A DNA stretch of 64,000 bases from the human T2T-CHM13v2.0 reference genome, Homo sapiens: the NCBI RefSeq assembly GCF_009914755.1, contig NC_060936.1. The stretch is one strand, 5' to 3'. Below are positions 34,060 to 50,139 of this stretch, piece after piece. The notes beneath the pieces were generated by a model that saw nothing but the letters and a program-made list of their open reading frames with translations, searched no databases and had not been told where the DNA came from. The translations under genes and the position numbers were made by a program. Numbering within the stretch: the stretch's first letter is position 1; every line of letters begins with the position of its first letter.

Positions 34060-34630
34060 TGTGATGGTTAATATTAGGTGTCAACTTGGTTGGATTGAAG
34101 GATGCCTAGATAGGGGGTAAAGTATTGTTTCTGGGTGTGTCTGTGAGGCTGTTTCCAGAGGAGACTGACATTTGAGTTCATAGACTGGGAGAGGAAAGCC
34201 CACCCTCAATGTGTGTGGGCACCTTTCAGTTGGTTGCTAACTCAGCTAGAACAAAGAAGGTGGAAAAAAAGTGGGATAAGCTGGCTTGCTGAGTCTTCTG
34301 GCTTTCATCCTCCTCCCATGCCAGATGTTTCCTCCCTTTCCTCCTGCCTTTGGACATCAGCCTCCAGGTTCTTTGGCCTCTGAACACTTGGACTTACACC
34401 AGTGGTTTGCCGGGGGCTCTCGGGCCTTTGGCGATAGACTGAAGGCTGCACTGTCGGCTTCCCTGCTTTTGAGCCTTTTGGACTATTGGCTCCTTTCTTC
34501 CTCAGTTTACAGGTGGCCTATTGTGGGACTTTGCCTTGAGATCATGTGAGCCAGTTCTCCCTACTCAACTCCTTTCATATATTCATATATCCTATTAGTA
34601 ATGTCCCTCTAGAAAACCTTGACCAATACA
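34060..34630 (+). mobile_element. MLT2A (HERV-L) solo LTR
   Basis: TGTGATGGTTAATATTAGGTGTCAACTTG..GACCAATACA. Confidence 0.85.
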
Positions 34631-34862
34631 ACACAGAACCAGACAAAGTTCAGAAAGCTCAGCCAAGCAGTGTGAGCCGTGAGCTTTTACAGGCTACACA
34701 CAGAAGCTGAGTAGAGATATCATCTGATAACTAGGAATCTGCCTTATTTGGACATGGTGTGATGAAACATTTGCCTTTTTTGGGCATGATGTGATGAGTT
34801 GGCTGCCTGTGATTGATCGAAGTTTAATTATTTATAATTGGCTTTTGTTACAAAAAAAGTTC

Positions 34863-37540
<2,678 letters not shown>

Positions 37541-39166
37541 ATCCGGATGAGGTAGTCCTGTGCTCTTAAATTAGGTTGCAGTTTGTTAGAAAGCAACTCA
37601 AAGTACATTCACAGCCTCAGGCTAACAGCCTCCTACTTTTAAAATTTAACAGTCTGTATCTTCTCCAAGCCAGATGAATGCTTCCTCTCCCTCACTTCCC
37701 ATCCAAGCCGTCCCCACTGCCGTATTCCACCCAGTAGCCTCAGAGGCCTCTCTGTAGCTCAGGAAAGTGATCTCCTAAAGGCTTCTCCACCCATGTCACT
37801 TTCCTTGGAATTAGCTCCCTGTAATGACCTTGGCTTTCCCTGGCCTCCCCTTAGAATTCACTTAGGAAGTCCAATTTGCATACATACGCTTGTCACTTTT
37901 TGTTTTTTTGGGCAGCACTTATGAGCTCTAGCCTGTTTCCTGAGGGAGCCTATCTCCCACATTGGCCTCTCTTCCTTCTACACGGCTTTCAGATAATGCA
38001 GGATAGAAATGGGAGGTGGGAGAAAGTCATGGCTGAGAAAAGTCAGCACTGAAAGGGGACAGTGAGGAATTGGGAGAAAGGCTTGGACAACATGGAGAAT
38101 GCATGTAACAGTAAAAAAAAAGCACTTCTGCTCATGGCCATAGGTCCAGAGCTCTAGCCCTGGATGCCCGCCTGCGATCTTGATCACATTCCTTTGCTCT
38201 CTCTGGCCCTTTTTTGTTTCTTTACTAACAGACAACTGGGCTAGTCCTTTTGAATTGTGGTAGTCTGTAATTTCCAGCCTCAGTTTACCCATTGAGAATG
38301 GAAATATTAGCCCCTGCTTTGCTAAGTTCACAGTGTAACAATTTGCCTTACAGCTTGTAAACAAGCCTACAACCTTATCGAGACTGCAGTGCTGCGCTCT
38401 GCTTAAGAAACCACTGAATTGCCATGTGTCTAATCCATTATTCCTAAACAATGCAGCAGCTCTGCCATCCACCCAGCTTCTGTCACTCACATGGGAGAGA
38501 GGAGGGAACTGCAGAGTGGCCTAGAAACAATGAACAGTTGTTAAGCAGCAACCAGCCAGTTCCCTTGGAGTGTGGACTCCTTCCTCCCATCGCCCCATTG
38601 CCCCTTCACTTAAGGACAGTTTGTGGCTGGGGAGGCTGGCAGAGAAGCCTGGTCCTCCCTGGTAGCCAACTGGAGAAGGTGGAGCCAGGCAGATTCTGGA
38701 GAGACCTAAGGCAGCAGGGGAGAAAGGGAAGCCTTTGTTCTCAGGGCTAATAATAAAACTTGCTGCAAACTATTCGCACTCACCAACTCAATTGTTTCAG
38801 AATCTTTGAGGTGGGTGGAGAGGGTAGGGCAGCAGGGGAGCATGTACTGTTTCTTTCTCCCTCCCTGGTGTTTCCCATGCAGATCCATTTGTCACTCCTC
38901 ATGGTCTGTGTGGCCTGAGACTAGAGACTGAGGAAGCCCCTAGGGAAAAGAGGAGATTATCTTGATCATACCCCCGCTACCTCCAAAATGAGATCTCTGA
39001 TAGACACACACTCTAGATGCCTTTCAGTTGTCCACTTTCAGTTGTGGAGGAGTAGTGTCTGGCAAAACTGAATGTGGGGATTGCCTCATTCTGCAGCCCC
39101 AACCCATTTCCTCATGGAGATGGGATCAAGGATGCTGTTAGTCTCTTAGGTTCTTAACATGGTTTG

Positions 39167-42100
39167 TGTCACATGGGTCTGAGTGAAGAGACCACCAAAC
39201 AGGCTTTGTGTGAGCAATAAAGCTTTTTAATCACCTGGGTGCAGGCAGGCTGAGTCCAAAAAGAGAGTCAGCAAAGGGAGATAGGGGTGGGGCCGTTTTA
39301 TAGGATTTGGGTAGGTAGTGGAAAATTACATTCAAAGGGGGTTGTTCTCTGGTGGGCAGGGGCGGGGGTCGCAAGGTGCTCAGTGGGGGAGCTTCTGAGC
39401 CAGGAGAAGGAATTTCACAAGGTAATGTCATCAGTTAAGGCAGAAACCGGCCATTTTCACTTCTTTTGTGATTCTTCACTTGCTTCAGGCCATCTGGATG
39501 TATACATGCAGGTCACAGGTGACATGATGGCTTAGCTTGGGCTCAGAGGCCTGACATTCCTATCTTCTTATATTAATAAGAAAAATAACATAAAATAGTG
39601 TTGAAGTGTTGGAGCAGCAAAAATTTTGGGGAGGTGGTATGGAGAGATAATGGGCGATGTTTCTCAGGGCTGCTGTGAGCAGGATTAGGGGTGGCATGGG
39701 AACCTAGAGTGGGAGAGATTAAGCTGAAGGAAGATTTTGTGTTAAGGGGTGATATTGTGGGGTTGTTAGAAGGAGCATTTGTGTATAGAATGATTGGTGA
39801 TGGCCTGGATATGGTTTTGGATGAATTGAGAAACTAAACAGAAGACACAAGGCCCAAATAAGAGAAGAATAACAGGTATTAAAGGACTAAGAATGGGAAG
39901 ACCCAGGACATCCAATTAGAGAGTGCCCAAGGGGGTTCAGCATAATTACTTGCTTGGTTGGCAAGTTTTTAGGCTCTATCCTTGAGTTTTTATGTTGTCG
40001 TATACTAGGCCAGATTGATTTAGATAAAAACAACACTTCATTAAAAAATATACAGAGTCCCCCCTTTTTAGCAGTAAGTCGGGGCCTTGGCGATTTTGGA
40101 GGAAAGAGAAATGCAAAGTCAGCAATTGTTTGTTGAAGAAGGATTAGAAATGGCTAGGAGAGAGTGAGTGAGATTGATAGTGTGGTAGAGATAGCTGGGG
40201 AGAGGTAGAGGGTGGCATAAGAACAGAAACGAGAATAAGAGTGAGTTTAAGGTAAAGAATAGGACTTCATCAGGGTGAAAGTATTGGAGGGTGCCCTGCC
40301 AGCAAAGATTATTTACTTTAAGAGGGAGTTAAGAGTGGTGGTTTGGGGATAGCACCAGGAGATATCAGCTGTGATGGCTTGGAGAAACAGTGTAAACCGG
40401 CAGTGTAAACAAGAGCAGGGCATTTATGAGTAGTTGGGAATGGTGAATAGAAGAATGACTAGACAGAAGATAGTAGGGATGACAAGTTTTTGGGGCACAA
40501 TCCAAGTTGGGCTGGTGTCTGGAATGAGACTGGGGCCTAATAAAAATGAGCATCCATACAGGAGCTCAAATGGGCTGTACCCTGTAGCATTCCAAGAACA
40601 GGCCCGAATTCTGAGAAGGGTAAGTTGTAAAAGTACTGCCCAGTCCTTAAGTTGGAGGCTGAGCTTGGTGAGGTGTGTCTTTAAAAGACCATTAGTCTGT
40701 TTTGCTTTTCCTGAAGATTGAGGATGGTAAGGGGTATGAAGTTTCCACTGAATACCAAGAGCCTGAGAAACTGCTTGGGTGATTTGACTAGCAAAGGCCT
40801 GTCTGTTATTGGACTGTATAGAGGTGGGAAGGCCAAATCATGGAATTATGTCTGACAGAAGGGAAGAAATGAACACGGTGGCCTTCTCAGACCCTGTGGG
40901 AAAGGCCTCTACCCATCCAGTGAAAGTGTCTACCCAGACCAAAAGGTATTTTAGTTTCCTGACTTGGGGCATGTGAGTAAAATTAATTTGCCAGTCCTGG
41001 GCAGGGGCAAATCCCTGAGCTTGATGTGTAGGGAAGGGAGGGGGCCTGAACAATCCCTGAGGAGTAGCAGAATAGCAGATGGAACACTAAGAAGTGATTT
41101 CCTTGAGGATAGATTTCCATGATGGAAAGGAAATGAGAGGTTCTAAGAGATGGGCTAGCGGTTTGCAACCTACATGGAAGAGGCTATGAAATGACAAAAG
41201 AATAGAATGGGCCTGTGAGGCTGAAAGGGGATATTTTCCTTGGTCTAAGGACCATTTTCCTTGTGTGGGAAGAGATTGATAGGTGGAAGTTTCAGTGGGG
41301 GAGTAGGTGGGAGTGACCGATGAGAAGGAGAAAAACTGGCAGTTAGGGAGAGAAATTGGAATGCTAGCTGCTTCTTTAGCTATCTTATCAGCATAAGTGT
41401 TGCCCTGAGTGATGGGATCTGATGCCTTTTGATGGCCCTTGCAGTGAATGACTCCAGCTTCCTTTGGAAGTATAGCGGCCTTGAGAAGACTATTTGTTAA
41501 AGAGGCATTAATGATGGAGGACCCTTGTGTAGTGAAGAAACCTCTTTTTGCCCATATAACAGCATGGTGGTTCAGGATATGGACGGCATATTTAGAGTCA
41601 GTATAAATATTGATGTGTACTCCTTTTGCAAGAGTGAGGGCTCAAGTTAAGGCAATGAGTTCGGCTTGCTGAGAGGTAGTGGAGGGGGGAAGAAAGTATA
41701 TGCATCAGATGTGAGGAAGAAAATAGATTTTGGAAGTTATGACAACTGCAGAGAGTGAGTTGAGCATAGTTTGTGATTTTGAGGACCTCTAAAAGTATTA
41801 AAGCAGTGGTACCTGCCACATGCAGACATGAGGGCTAGGCTAAAACAGTAACGTCAAGTTGTTTGGACAGAAAGGCTAAAGGGCGTGGTCCCAGCTCTTG
41901 TGTAAGAACTCCAACTGCACAGCCCTGCACTTCAGCTGTGTGTAGTGGAAAGGGAGTGATAAGTTAGGGAGAGCTAGTGTGGGAGCTGTTTTTTAAGGAA
42001 TGGATAGGGGAGTGGAGAAAGGATTTAGGATCTATGGGGTCAGCTAGGTTTACCTAGAACAGAATAATGGGTTGTGGAGGGAGGTATTGAGGATAGGAGA

Positions 42101-44994
42101 GTATATGGGTTTCACACCACAGGGTGGATACGCAAAACAATTTGGTTGATAAGGCACAGATCCTGACGTAACCTGTAAGACTTGTCCAGTTTCTGGACAG
42201 GTAAAATGGGGGAATTGTAAAGAGGGTTTATAGGCTTTAAAAGGGCATGCTGTAACAGGCAAGTGATAACAAACTTTAATCCTTTTAAAGTTTGCTGTGG
42301 GATGGGGTATTGGCATTGAGTGGGATAAGGGTTATTAGGTTTTAATGGGATAGTAATGGGTATGTGACCAGTTGCCAGGGAGGGAGTAGAGGTGTCCCAT
42401 ACCTGTGGATTAAGGTAGGGAGATACAAGGGGAGGATTTGAAGGAGGCTTTGAACTGGGGAAAAGGGTGGCAATGAGGTGTGGCTGTAGCCTAGTCAGGG
42501 AAGCAGATAATCTAGTTAAAATGTCTTGGCCTAATAAGGGAGCTGGGCAGGTGGAGATAACTAAAAAGGAGTGCATAAAAGAATATTGTCCAAGTTGGCA
42601 CCAGAGTTGGGGAGTTTTGAGAGGTTTAGAAGCCTGGCTGTCAATACGCACAACAGTTATGGAGGCAAAGGAAACAGGCCCTTTAAAAGCAGGTAATGTG
42701 CAGTGGGTTGTCTCCATATTGATTAAGAAGAGGAAGGACTTACCCTCCACTGTAAGAGTTACCGAAAGCATCTGTGATGGTCCAGAAGGCTTCTGAGGCA
42801 AGTGGGCAGTGTCAGTCTTCAGCCACTGAGCCAAGAAGATCTGGGAAGGAGTCAGTCAGAGAGCCTTGGGCCAGAGTTCCAGGGGCTCTGGGAGTGGCTG
42901 CCAGGTGAGTTGGACAGTCCGATTTCCAGTGGGGTCCTGCACATATGGGACACAGCTTAGGAGGAATCCCAGGCTGTGGGCATTCCTTGGCCTAGTGGCC
43001 AGATTTCCAGCACTTGAAACAAGATACTGGGGGAGGAGGTCCTGAAGAAATGCCTGACTGCTGTGGCTTAGGCGTTTTGAAGTTCTTGTGTGCTGGAGAT
43101 GTGGCTGGAGTTTCTCTCACAGCAGCGGCAAGTAATTGCAACTCTTCTGTATTATTGTACACCTTGAAGACAAGGTTAATTAAGACCTGTGTGGGGTTTA
43201 AGGGCCAAAATCTAATTTTTGGAGCTTTATTTAATGTTGGGAATGAATTGCGTAATAAAATGCATATTGAGAATAAGACAGCCTTCTGACCTTTCAGGGT
43301 CTAGGGCTGTGAAGCGTCTCAGAGTTGCTGCCAAATAAGTCATGAACTGGGGTGGGTTTTTACATTTGATGAAAAAGAGCCTAAACACTAACTGATTTGG
43401 GAGAGGTCGGATAAAGAAAAAGGAGCATTAACCTTGACTATGCCTTTAGCTCCAGCCACCGATTTAAGAGGAAATTGCTGGGCAGGTGGCGGGGGCTAGT
43501 CGGGGAAAGAAACTGTAAGTCGGACTGGGTGTGAGAAGGGGAGGTGATAGAAGGATTATAGGGTGGGGGAGCAGAGCCTGAGGAAGAATTGGAGCCTGAT
43601 TCAGCCTGGTGGGGAGCGACCTGAGGAGGAGCAGTCTGGGGATGAGGGGAGAGGTCAGATGGGTCTGTAGAAAAGGAATATTGAAAAGACTCAGTGATGC
43701 TTGGGGTTAGGACTGAGGGGAAGGGTGGAAGGGAAAGAAGGAGGATTTGGGATGAGTCACATTGGGAAAAGAGACTAGAGAGGGACCCATGTGTAAAAGA
43801 ATGCATGGACCTCAGGCACCTCAGACCGTTTGCCCATTGTACGACAAGAATTATCTAGATCTTGTAGGATGGAAAAATTGAAAGTGCCTTTTTCTGGCTA
43901 TTTGGAACCATTGTTGAGTTTGTATTGGGGTTAAGCAGCATTGCAGAAGAAAATAAGGCATTTAGGTTTCAGGTCAGGTGTGAGTTGAAGAGGTTTTAAG
44001 TTCTTGAGAACACAGGCTAAGGGAGAAGAAGGAGGAATGGAGGGTGGAAGGTTGCCTATAGTGAAGGAGGCAAGCCCAGAGAAAAGAGAGGGTAGAGACA
44101 CGGAGAGAAGGGGTGGGGGGGTGTTTGCACCCTAGGAAACTGGTGTTTGTCACTAAGGGTGAAGGATCAAGGCAGGCATCCCTGCGGTGATCAGGCATCT
44201 CTGAAACGTGGGTGAATAATCAAGCAGGTGTCCCTGCAGTGATTAAACACCAAGGGAAATCTGTCTTCCCAAGTCCCTGACCGGCACCGGAGTTTTGGGT
44301 TCATGGATAAAACACATCTCCTCTGTCTCTACCAGAAAAGGAAAGGAACTGAAATTAAGAGAAGGGAGAGAGTGAAGGATGGTGCCAAGATTGAAAGGAG
44401 AAAGAGGTTGAGGGATAGTGAGAGAGGTTGGAGAAGGCAGTAAAAGGAGGCCGCTTACCCAATTTAAAATTGGTGAGATGTTCCTTGGGCTGGTTCATCG
44501 GAGGACCAGAGGTCGTAGGTGGATCTTTCTCATGGAGTAAAGAGCAGGAGGACAGGGGATTGATCTCCCCAGGGAAGTCCCCCGATCGAAGTCACAGCAC
44601 CAAATGTCACGGGCGTCCGTGTGAAGAGACAACCAAACAGGCTTTGTGTGAGCAATAAAGCTTTTTAATCACCTGGGTGCAGGCAGGCTGAGTCCAAAAA
44701 GAGAGTCAGCAAAGGGAGATAGGGGTGGGGCTGTTTTATAGGATTTAGGTAGGTAGTGGAAAATTACAGTCAAAGGGGATTATTCTCTGGCAGGCAGGGG
44801 TGGGGGTCACAAGGTGCTCAGTGGGGGAGCTTCTGAGCCAGAAGAAGGAATTTCACAAAGTAATGTCATCTGTTAAGGCAGCAACAGGCCATTTTCACTT
44901 CTTTTGTGATTCTCCACTTGCTTCAGGCCATCTGGATGTATACATGCAGGTCACAGGGGATATGATGGCTTAGCTTGGGCTCAGAGGCCTGACA
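39167..44994 (-). mobile_element. HERV-H provirus, 5.8-kb deleted form with two LTR7 (5' LTR 44605-44994, 3' LTR 39167-39556)
   Basis: 390-bp direct repeats with TG..CA ends; 5-bp TSD GTTTG; gag (APPPY), pro/RT (LLGQDIL, YNSPILPVQK) and integrase (WQINFTHMP..LVWVDTFTGWVEAFP) remnants; env mostly deleted. Confidence 0.96.
44585..44602 (-). other. Primer binding site, tRNA-His type
   Basis: TGGTGCTGTGACTTCGAT immediately after the 5' LTR. Confidence 0.85.
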
Positions 44995-45415
44995 GTTTGG
45001 ATCTGTGTCCTCACCCAAATCTCATGTCAAACTGTAATCCCCATTGTTGGAGGTGGGGCCTGGTGGGTGGTGATTGGATTACTGGGTAGAGTTTTCATTA
45101 ATCGTTTAGCACCATCTCCCCTTGGTACTGTATAATGAGTGAGTTCTTACAAGATCTGGTCATTTAAAAGTGTTAGCACCTCCCCTTTCCTTTGTTCCTC
45201 CTGCTCATACCATGTAAGATGCCTGCTCCCACTTTGCTTTCCACCATGAGTTAAAGCTCCCTGAGGCCTCCCCAGAAACTGATGTTGCCATGCTTCCTGT
45301 ACAGCCTGCGGAACTGTGAGCCAATTAAACCTCTTTTCTGTATAAATTACCCAGTCTCAGGTATTTATTTATAGCAGTGTGAGAATGGACTAATACAGTT
45401 CTTTAAATGAAATAT

Positions 45416-45958
45416 TGTCAGATATTTCTGTTCTCTTGTGACAAGATAGCCTTAACTTTCCCCTCAGCTTGACCAAATAGGTTTCTTCCTGACTTCAGGC
45501 CCTTGACCTCCCTTAAGAATATTTGCTTTAGAAAATTTGCTGTAGTTCTTTCTATTTCTTGAGATCTAAATCTTCTTCCAGCCTCTTCCCAGTTTTACAA
45601 CTCAGGAATATCTTTCTCTAGGACCTGAGAACCACCTCTTTGAAATGTTAACATCAAGGAAGATAGTTCCCCTGTCTCCTGGTTTCTGTGGGTGGGAAGG
45701 GTAGGAAACTTGGAGTGGGGGGCTTTTTCCAAATTGTGAAACTATCTTTTATCATGAAATAGGAGAAAGTTCATTTTGTTCTTTTGGTATGGGGAATTAG
45801 TAAACACAGATGGTTTAAAAATTTTTCCACCCTAGCCCTTTTGTCTCTGCCTCACTACGTATCAGACTCAGTTTGTGCCTTCTCCCCTAATGCTGGCAAT
45901 AGCACCAGAACAAAATCAACTTCTGCTTATCATGTCTGGTGTAATTTTTTCCTTTAAA
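45416..45958 (+). mobile_element. MER4-group LTR (MER67/MER31-like)
   Basis: 'ccagttttacaactcaggaat..ctctttgaaatgt..atcaaggaagatag' core. Confidence 0.55.
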
Positions 45959-46169
45959 CTTTTGGTTATGATTTCCCTCAAATTCCCTCAAGTCCCTCTC
46001 TTCCTGTTTTTTTTTTTTTTTTCTTTTGTCTCACAATTTATTAGGCAGCCAAATAATATACTTCTGGAAATGCGTGCATCTTACTTCTCCCATTCTATTA
46101 ATATTAATATTTTCTCAGGGGAGAAATGTGTCCAAGATGCTCTGAAACCACATACTGCCTAAGAGAGCA

Positions 46170-47017
46170 CTGCATGTGCTCAAGCCCTGTTTATTGACAA
46201 AACATTTAACTTCCAAAGCAAACTACAGCTGTTAGTTAACTTTAAAAACATGCCATGATTTAAAAAAAATATTTGTATTGTTTTCTGCCAACAGAAATAG
46301 CATTTTTTCCCCCCACAATGGCTAGGAGAAGAGACTCTGAATCCTACTTATCTCTTTTTCTATAAAGATGCAAAATTTTGGGTAGAGAAAGAAACTGGAT
46401 TTAAGGAGGAGTCTCCAAGTTGATTTCTTCAAAGGAGGTCTCAAGAAGAAAAATAGGACTCCAGTGTTGTAGAAGATTTTCTGGAATTTAGTTAGGAATA
46501 CAGGGATGAACAGAGGTGCAGAGGGAATCCTAGTGTGAGATGTACCATGCTTTTAGAGCCAGAAAGTGAGGTGTCCTTCCTCTCTTCACTTGGGCCTTTT
46601 GAAAGTATTAGAAAAAAACTTGTCCCCTAAACTTGATCCTGAAGTCTCCTAACTGCCCTTGGCAATGTCAAAGCTTGGGAGAAAATTAAGGCTTTGTTCA
46701 GTTTACTATCATCCACATTATATATTTTAATACACACATAGTAGAGAAACCAGTGTACAGAGAAATGAAGAGATGTGCCTAAGGTCTTTGTGCATGCAGC
46801 TTGTGGCAGCATTAGGATGTGGATTCCAAATCGCTCAGTCTGGTCTTCCTCCCCATGTACCATGCTGCCTTTCTCCTGCAGAGTTTGGGGGTTTGGAGGA
46901 CCAAGGAGTAGGGGCTGGATGTTGAGGGCAGTGCAGTTTCCTGCAAGAGGTGGCTTTTAGTTTCTTCTTTGAAGCCAATTCTGTCAGACCACATGCTGTT
47001 GTGGTGGTGGAGAAAGC
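46170..47017 (-). other. TESPA1: Probable TESPA1 terminal non-coding exon (3'UTR); may extend further toward 44650
   Basis: Good acceptor tatcttttttattcccattgcag|G at 47017; unique sequence; AATAAA at 46190-46195 and 46037-46042; the donor after the stop codon requires a downstream exon. Confidence 0.65.
46190..46195 (-). terminator. Candidate polyadenylation signal AATAAA
   Basis: tttatt on the + strand within the putative 3'UTR exon. Confidence 0.5.
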
Positions 47018-47700
47018 CTGCAATGGGAATAAAAAAGATACATATCATGCATTTTTTAAACAACTTTGGGTACTGAGGTTGGTAGGAACTTTCATACCTC
47101 AGCTGTGGAAATGTTTCTCAGTATTATAAGTGACATTTAAAGTTATTAGCAGCAGCAGCAAAGAGTCATGTGACTTGGGGTTTCTGCTCTTTTCATCATG
47201 AGGTGAGATTCCTGCAAGAGTTTACCTCTTACTGTTTAATACTTATAAAGGCATACATTTATACCTTTATTTTTTTGTATGGATTGCTGAACACTGTTGG
47301 AGAATATCACTAAACCACTATCAATTCATGTTCTGCACCTTGAAATGAGCCTAACATTATTCACCTATTCAACTAGCAATGCATTTTCTATTAATAAGTA
47401 TTTCTCTTGTTTTTTCTACATAGTAGAATTCTCAAATTTTTACCATTCCTTTCCTGACTCACACTTTTTAGTAATGACCCCACAGGAAAAAGAGAGAAAG
47501 AAATAGGCAGAATTTTTCTTGACTTCCTCTCCAGATGACCAATATAACCATATTGACACTTAAAATTTTTTTCCATTTTTTTTTCCCTTTAATCTCAGAG
47601 AAATATCTGTCACACTACTTTATGGCTAGCTACACCCTCCAAAAGTGCCTTGAATCTCATCTCATCCCAGTTCTCAGTGACTTCACACCATTAACATCCC

Positions 47701-48073
47701 TGATATAGTTTGGCTCTGTGTCCCCACCCAAATATCATGTTGAATTGTGATCCTGAATGTTGGAGGTGGGGCCTCATGGGAGGTGATTGGATCACAGAAG
47801 CAGATTTCCCCCTTGCTGTTCTCATGACAGCGAGTGAATTCTCATGAGATCTGGTTGTTTAAAAGTGTGTAGCTCTTCCCCCTTCTCTCTCTCTCCTGCT
47901 GACCATGTGAATATGTGCTTGCTTCCCCTTCCCCTTCTGCCATGAATGAAAGTTCCTGAGGTCTCCCTAGCCATGCCTCCTGCACAGCCTGTGGAACCAT
48001 GAGCCAATTAAACCTCTTTTCTTTACCCACTCTCAGCTAGGTCCTTACAGCAATGTGAGAAGAGACTCATACA
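47701..48073 (+). mobile_element. MSTA LTR
   Basis: TGATATAGTTTGGCTCTGTGTCCCCACCCAAAT..ACTCATACA. Confidence 0.85.
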
Positions 48074-48609
48074 ATTCCTTCCCTCCTAAACCATAGCCTT
48101 TCCCATTCTATTGATTCTTTCCTTCCAGGGAAATATTTACTGTATGCTTAAACTTTCACCATCCTAGAAAAAAATTATTTACCTACTTTCTTTTCAACAT
48201 TTCTTATTCACTTTTCATATTAATATTTTAAAGCCTTGTCACCCAAATAAAAATATTCTTATCAAGGTTAGTAATTGTTATCTAGTCACAAATACAATGG
48301 TATCTTTGCATTTTCCTTCCTATTGGATATTTTATGGTAAATGTTACTGAAGACTACACCCTCCTTCTTGAGAGAAACATCACTTGGTTTCTATTTGCAA
48401 CCTTTTTCTAATCAATATTGCTCCTTTATATACGTTGTTCCTTGATAAAACTTTAAATATTAATATTTCTAAGTTGTTTTTTTTTTTTTACTTCAGATTC
48501 TGATTCTGCATACTTTCTTGGGTGAACTATCTTTCCTCATGCCGTCACCTATTATAAGTAAGCCTTGAACTCCAAAAAGCTCAATTCCTAGATTCCTTTA
48601 TCCAAACTG

Positions 48610-48976
48610 CCTTATGGACTGTTGTTTGAGTTTGCCCTCCAAAATTCATGTTGGAATTTAATTGCCATCGTGATAGTATCAAGAGGTGAGGTCTTAGGGA
48701 AAAAATTAGGATTAGATAAACTCATCAGGGTGAGGCCCCATGATGGGAATCTTGGCTATATAAGAAGAGGAAGGGAGACCTGAGATGGCATGCTCTTGCT
48801 TTTTTACCATGTGATATCCTCTGCCATGTTATGATGCAGAAAGGAGGCCCTCACCGGATGTGGTCCCTCAACCTTGGACTTCCCAGCTCCCAGAACTGTA
48901 GTAAATAAATTTCTTTTATAAAGTAAAATACCTAGTTTGTAATGTTCTATTATAGCAACAGAAACCAATGAAGACA
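48610..48976 (+). mobile_element. MST/MLT1 MaLR LTR
   Basis: 'ccctccaaaattcatgttgga', 'ccttggacttcccagctcccagaactgt', ends gaagaca. Confidence 0.7.
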
Positions 48977-49499
48977 TGAACCTCTTTATCACAGTATTTT
49001 AGAAGTACCTTACACTCACCATGTTCAGATATGAACTCATCAGCTTTTTCTAAATAGTCAAACAAGATGACTAGATACTCTTTCAGTACAGTGTTAATCT
49101 TGACTTTCTATTTACACTGCTATTTTATAGTTTTGCAAGAGCAGAGATTACCTTAGTGATTTATGTTGGGTAGAGATGCAAATAATTTCCATCCAGTGGA
49201 ACCAGTAATCCCAGAGATAAAGTTTATGCTGTTATTGGATATTAACCAGTTTTGTATCTAATATGGCAATCTGTTAAATTCTCTCTCTGTATAAACTGAC
49301 TTCTCAAATAGTCTTTGGACCAGGTCAAGCATATTGCTGGTGCCTTCAGTAATTAATGAATTGAGTAAAGTCTTTGAACATGTTTATCTACATTTGCATG
49401 AGAGTCATTATTTTACCTTTTTGAAAATTATACTTTAATATATTTGCCTTCCAAATTGTTATTCCTATTTTTACTTCATTCTTAATAAAATGATATTTA

Positions 49500-50050
49500 C
49501 ATCCATTTAGTTGCCCAAGAGGAAACCTGTATGCCCTATCTTTCTTTCTGTTCCTTATTCCATTTTTCTTCCCCAAACACAAGTCTAATCGGTCCTGGCT
49601 TAGATATTTTACCTCCTGAATATCTCAAAATCTCACTCGTCCTCCCCTCTATTCCCACTGCCTTCAGCTTGTTTCTGATCATCACATTTCTCCCTAGGTT
49701 TCTGCAGTAGATTCTTAAATTATTTTCCTTACTCTGCCGGCTTCCTACCCAGTCCATCTCCCATACTTCTACCAGAATAATCTTTCTAAAAGACAAATCT
49801 AATCACATCACTTCCTTTGTAAATTTTTCAGTGGATTCCTACCTTAGACTAAACCAAAACACTTAAAATAACATAGGAGACTCTGTTTTATAACTTCCTT
49901 TCTATTTATCTTTCTTATTTTCAGTTTTGATCTTTCTCCAGCACATCCCCTTTCTCCCACTAGGCATAAGGTGTAGTTTCCATAAGATATTGTGGTATTC
50001 CATTCATCTGTCTTTGAACTTACCTTTCTCTCTGCCTAGAATATCAATAT
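49500..50050 (+). mobile_element. L2 LINE fragment
   Basis: 'ccagaataatctttctaaaa..aaatctaatcacatcactt' L2 3' signature. Confidence 0.6.
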
Positions 50051-50139
50051 TCTGCTTTTCCTTTTTCTACTCTCCTCAGCCACCTTCTCCCTGTTCAATG
50101 TTGGACACATCTGTCCAGACTTACCTTCTCTACATCTTT

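Larger units (their letters stand above)
39155..45397 (+). mobile_element. MSTA-like LTR split by HERV-H (39155-39166 and 44995-45397)
   Basis: taacatggtttg | gtttggatctgtgtcc..ggactaataca; own TSD GTTCT at 39150-39154 and 45398-45402. Confidence 0.85.

Noticed and set aside
34080-34100. MLT2A DUX4 site as an embryonic promoter
   Set aside because: The motif position reads tggttggattg, lacking the TGATT core
37978-38490. 170-aa ORF
   Set aside because: No recognisable domain; includes MIR-like sequence (tcagtttacccatt..gaatggaaat); likely chance
42112-42834. 240-aa ORF as a functional protease/RT
   Set aside because: Decayed HERV-H pro-pol: active-site DTGA reads NMET and flanking frames are broken
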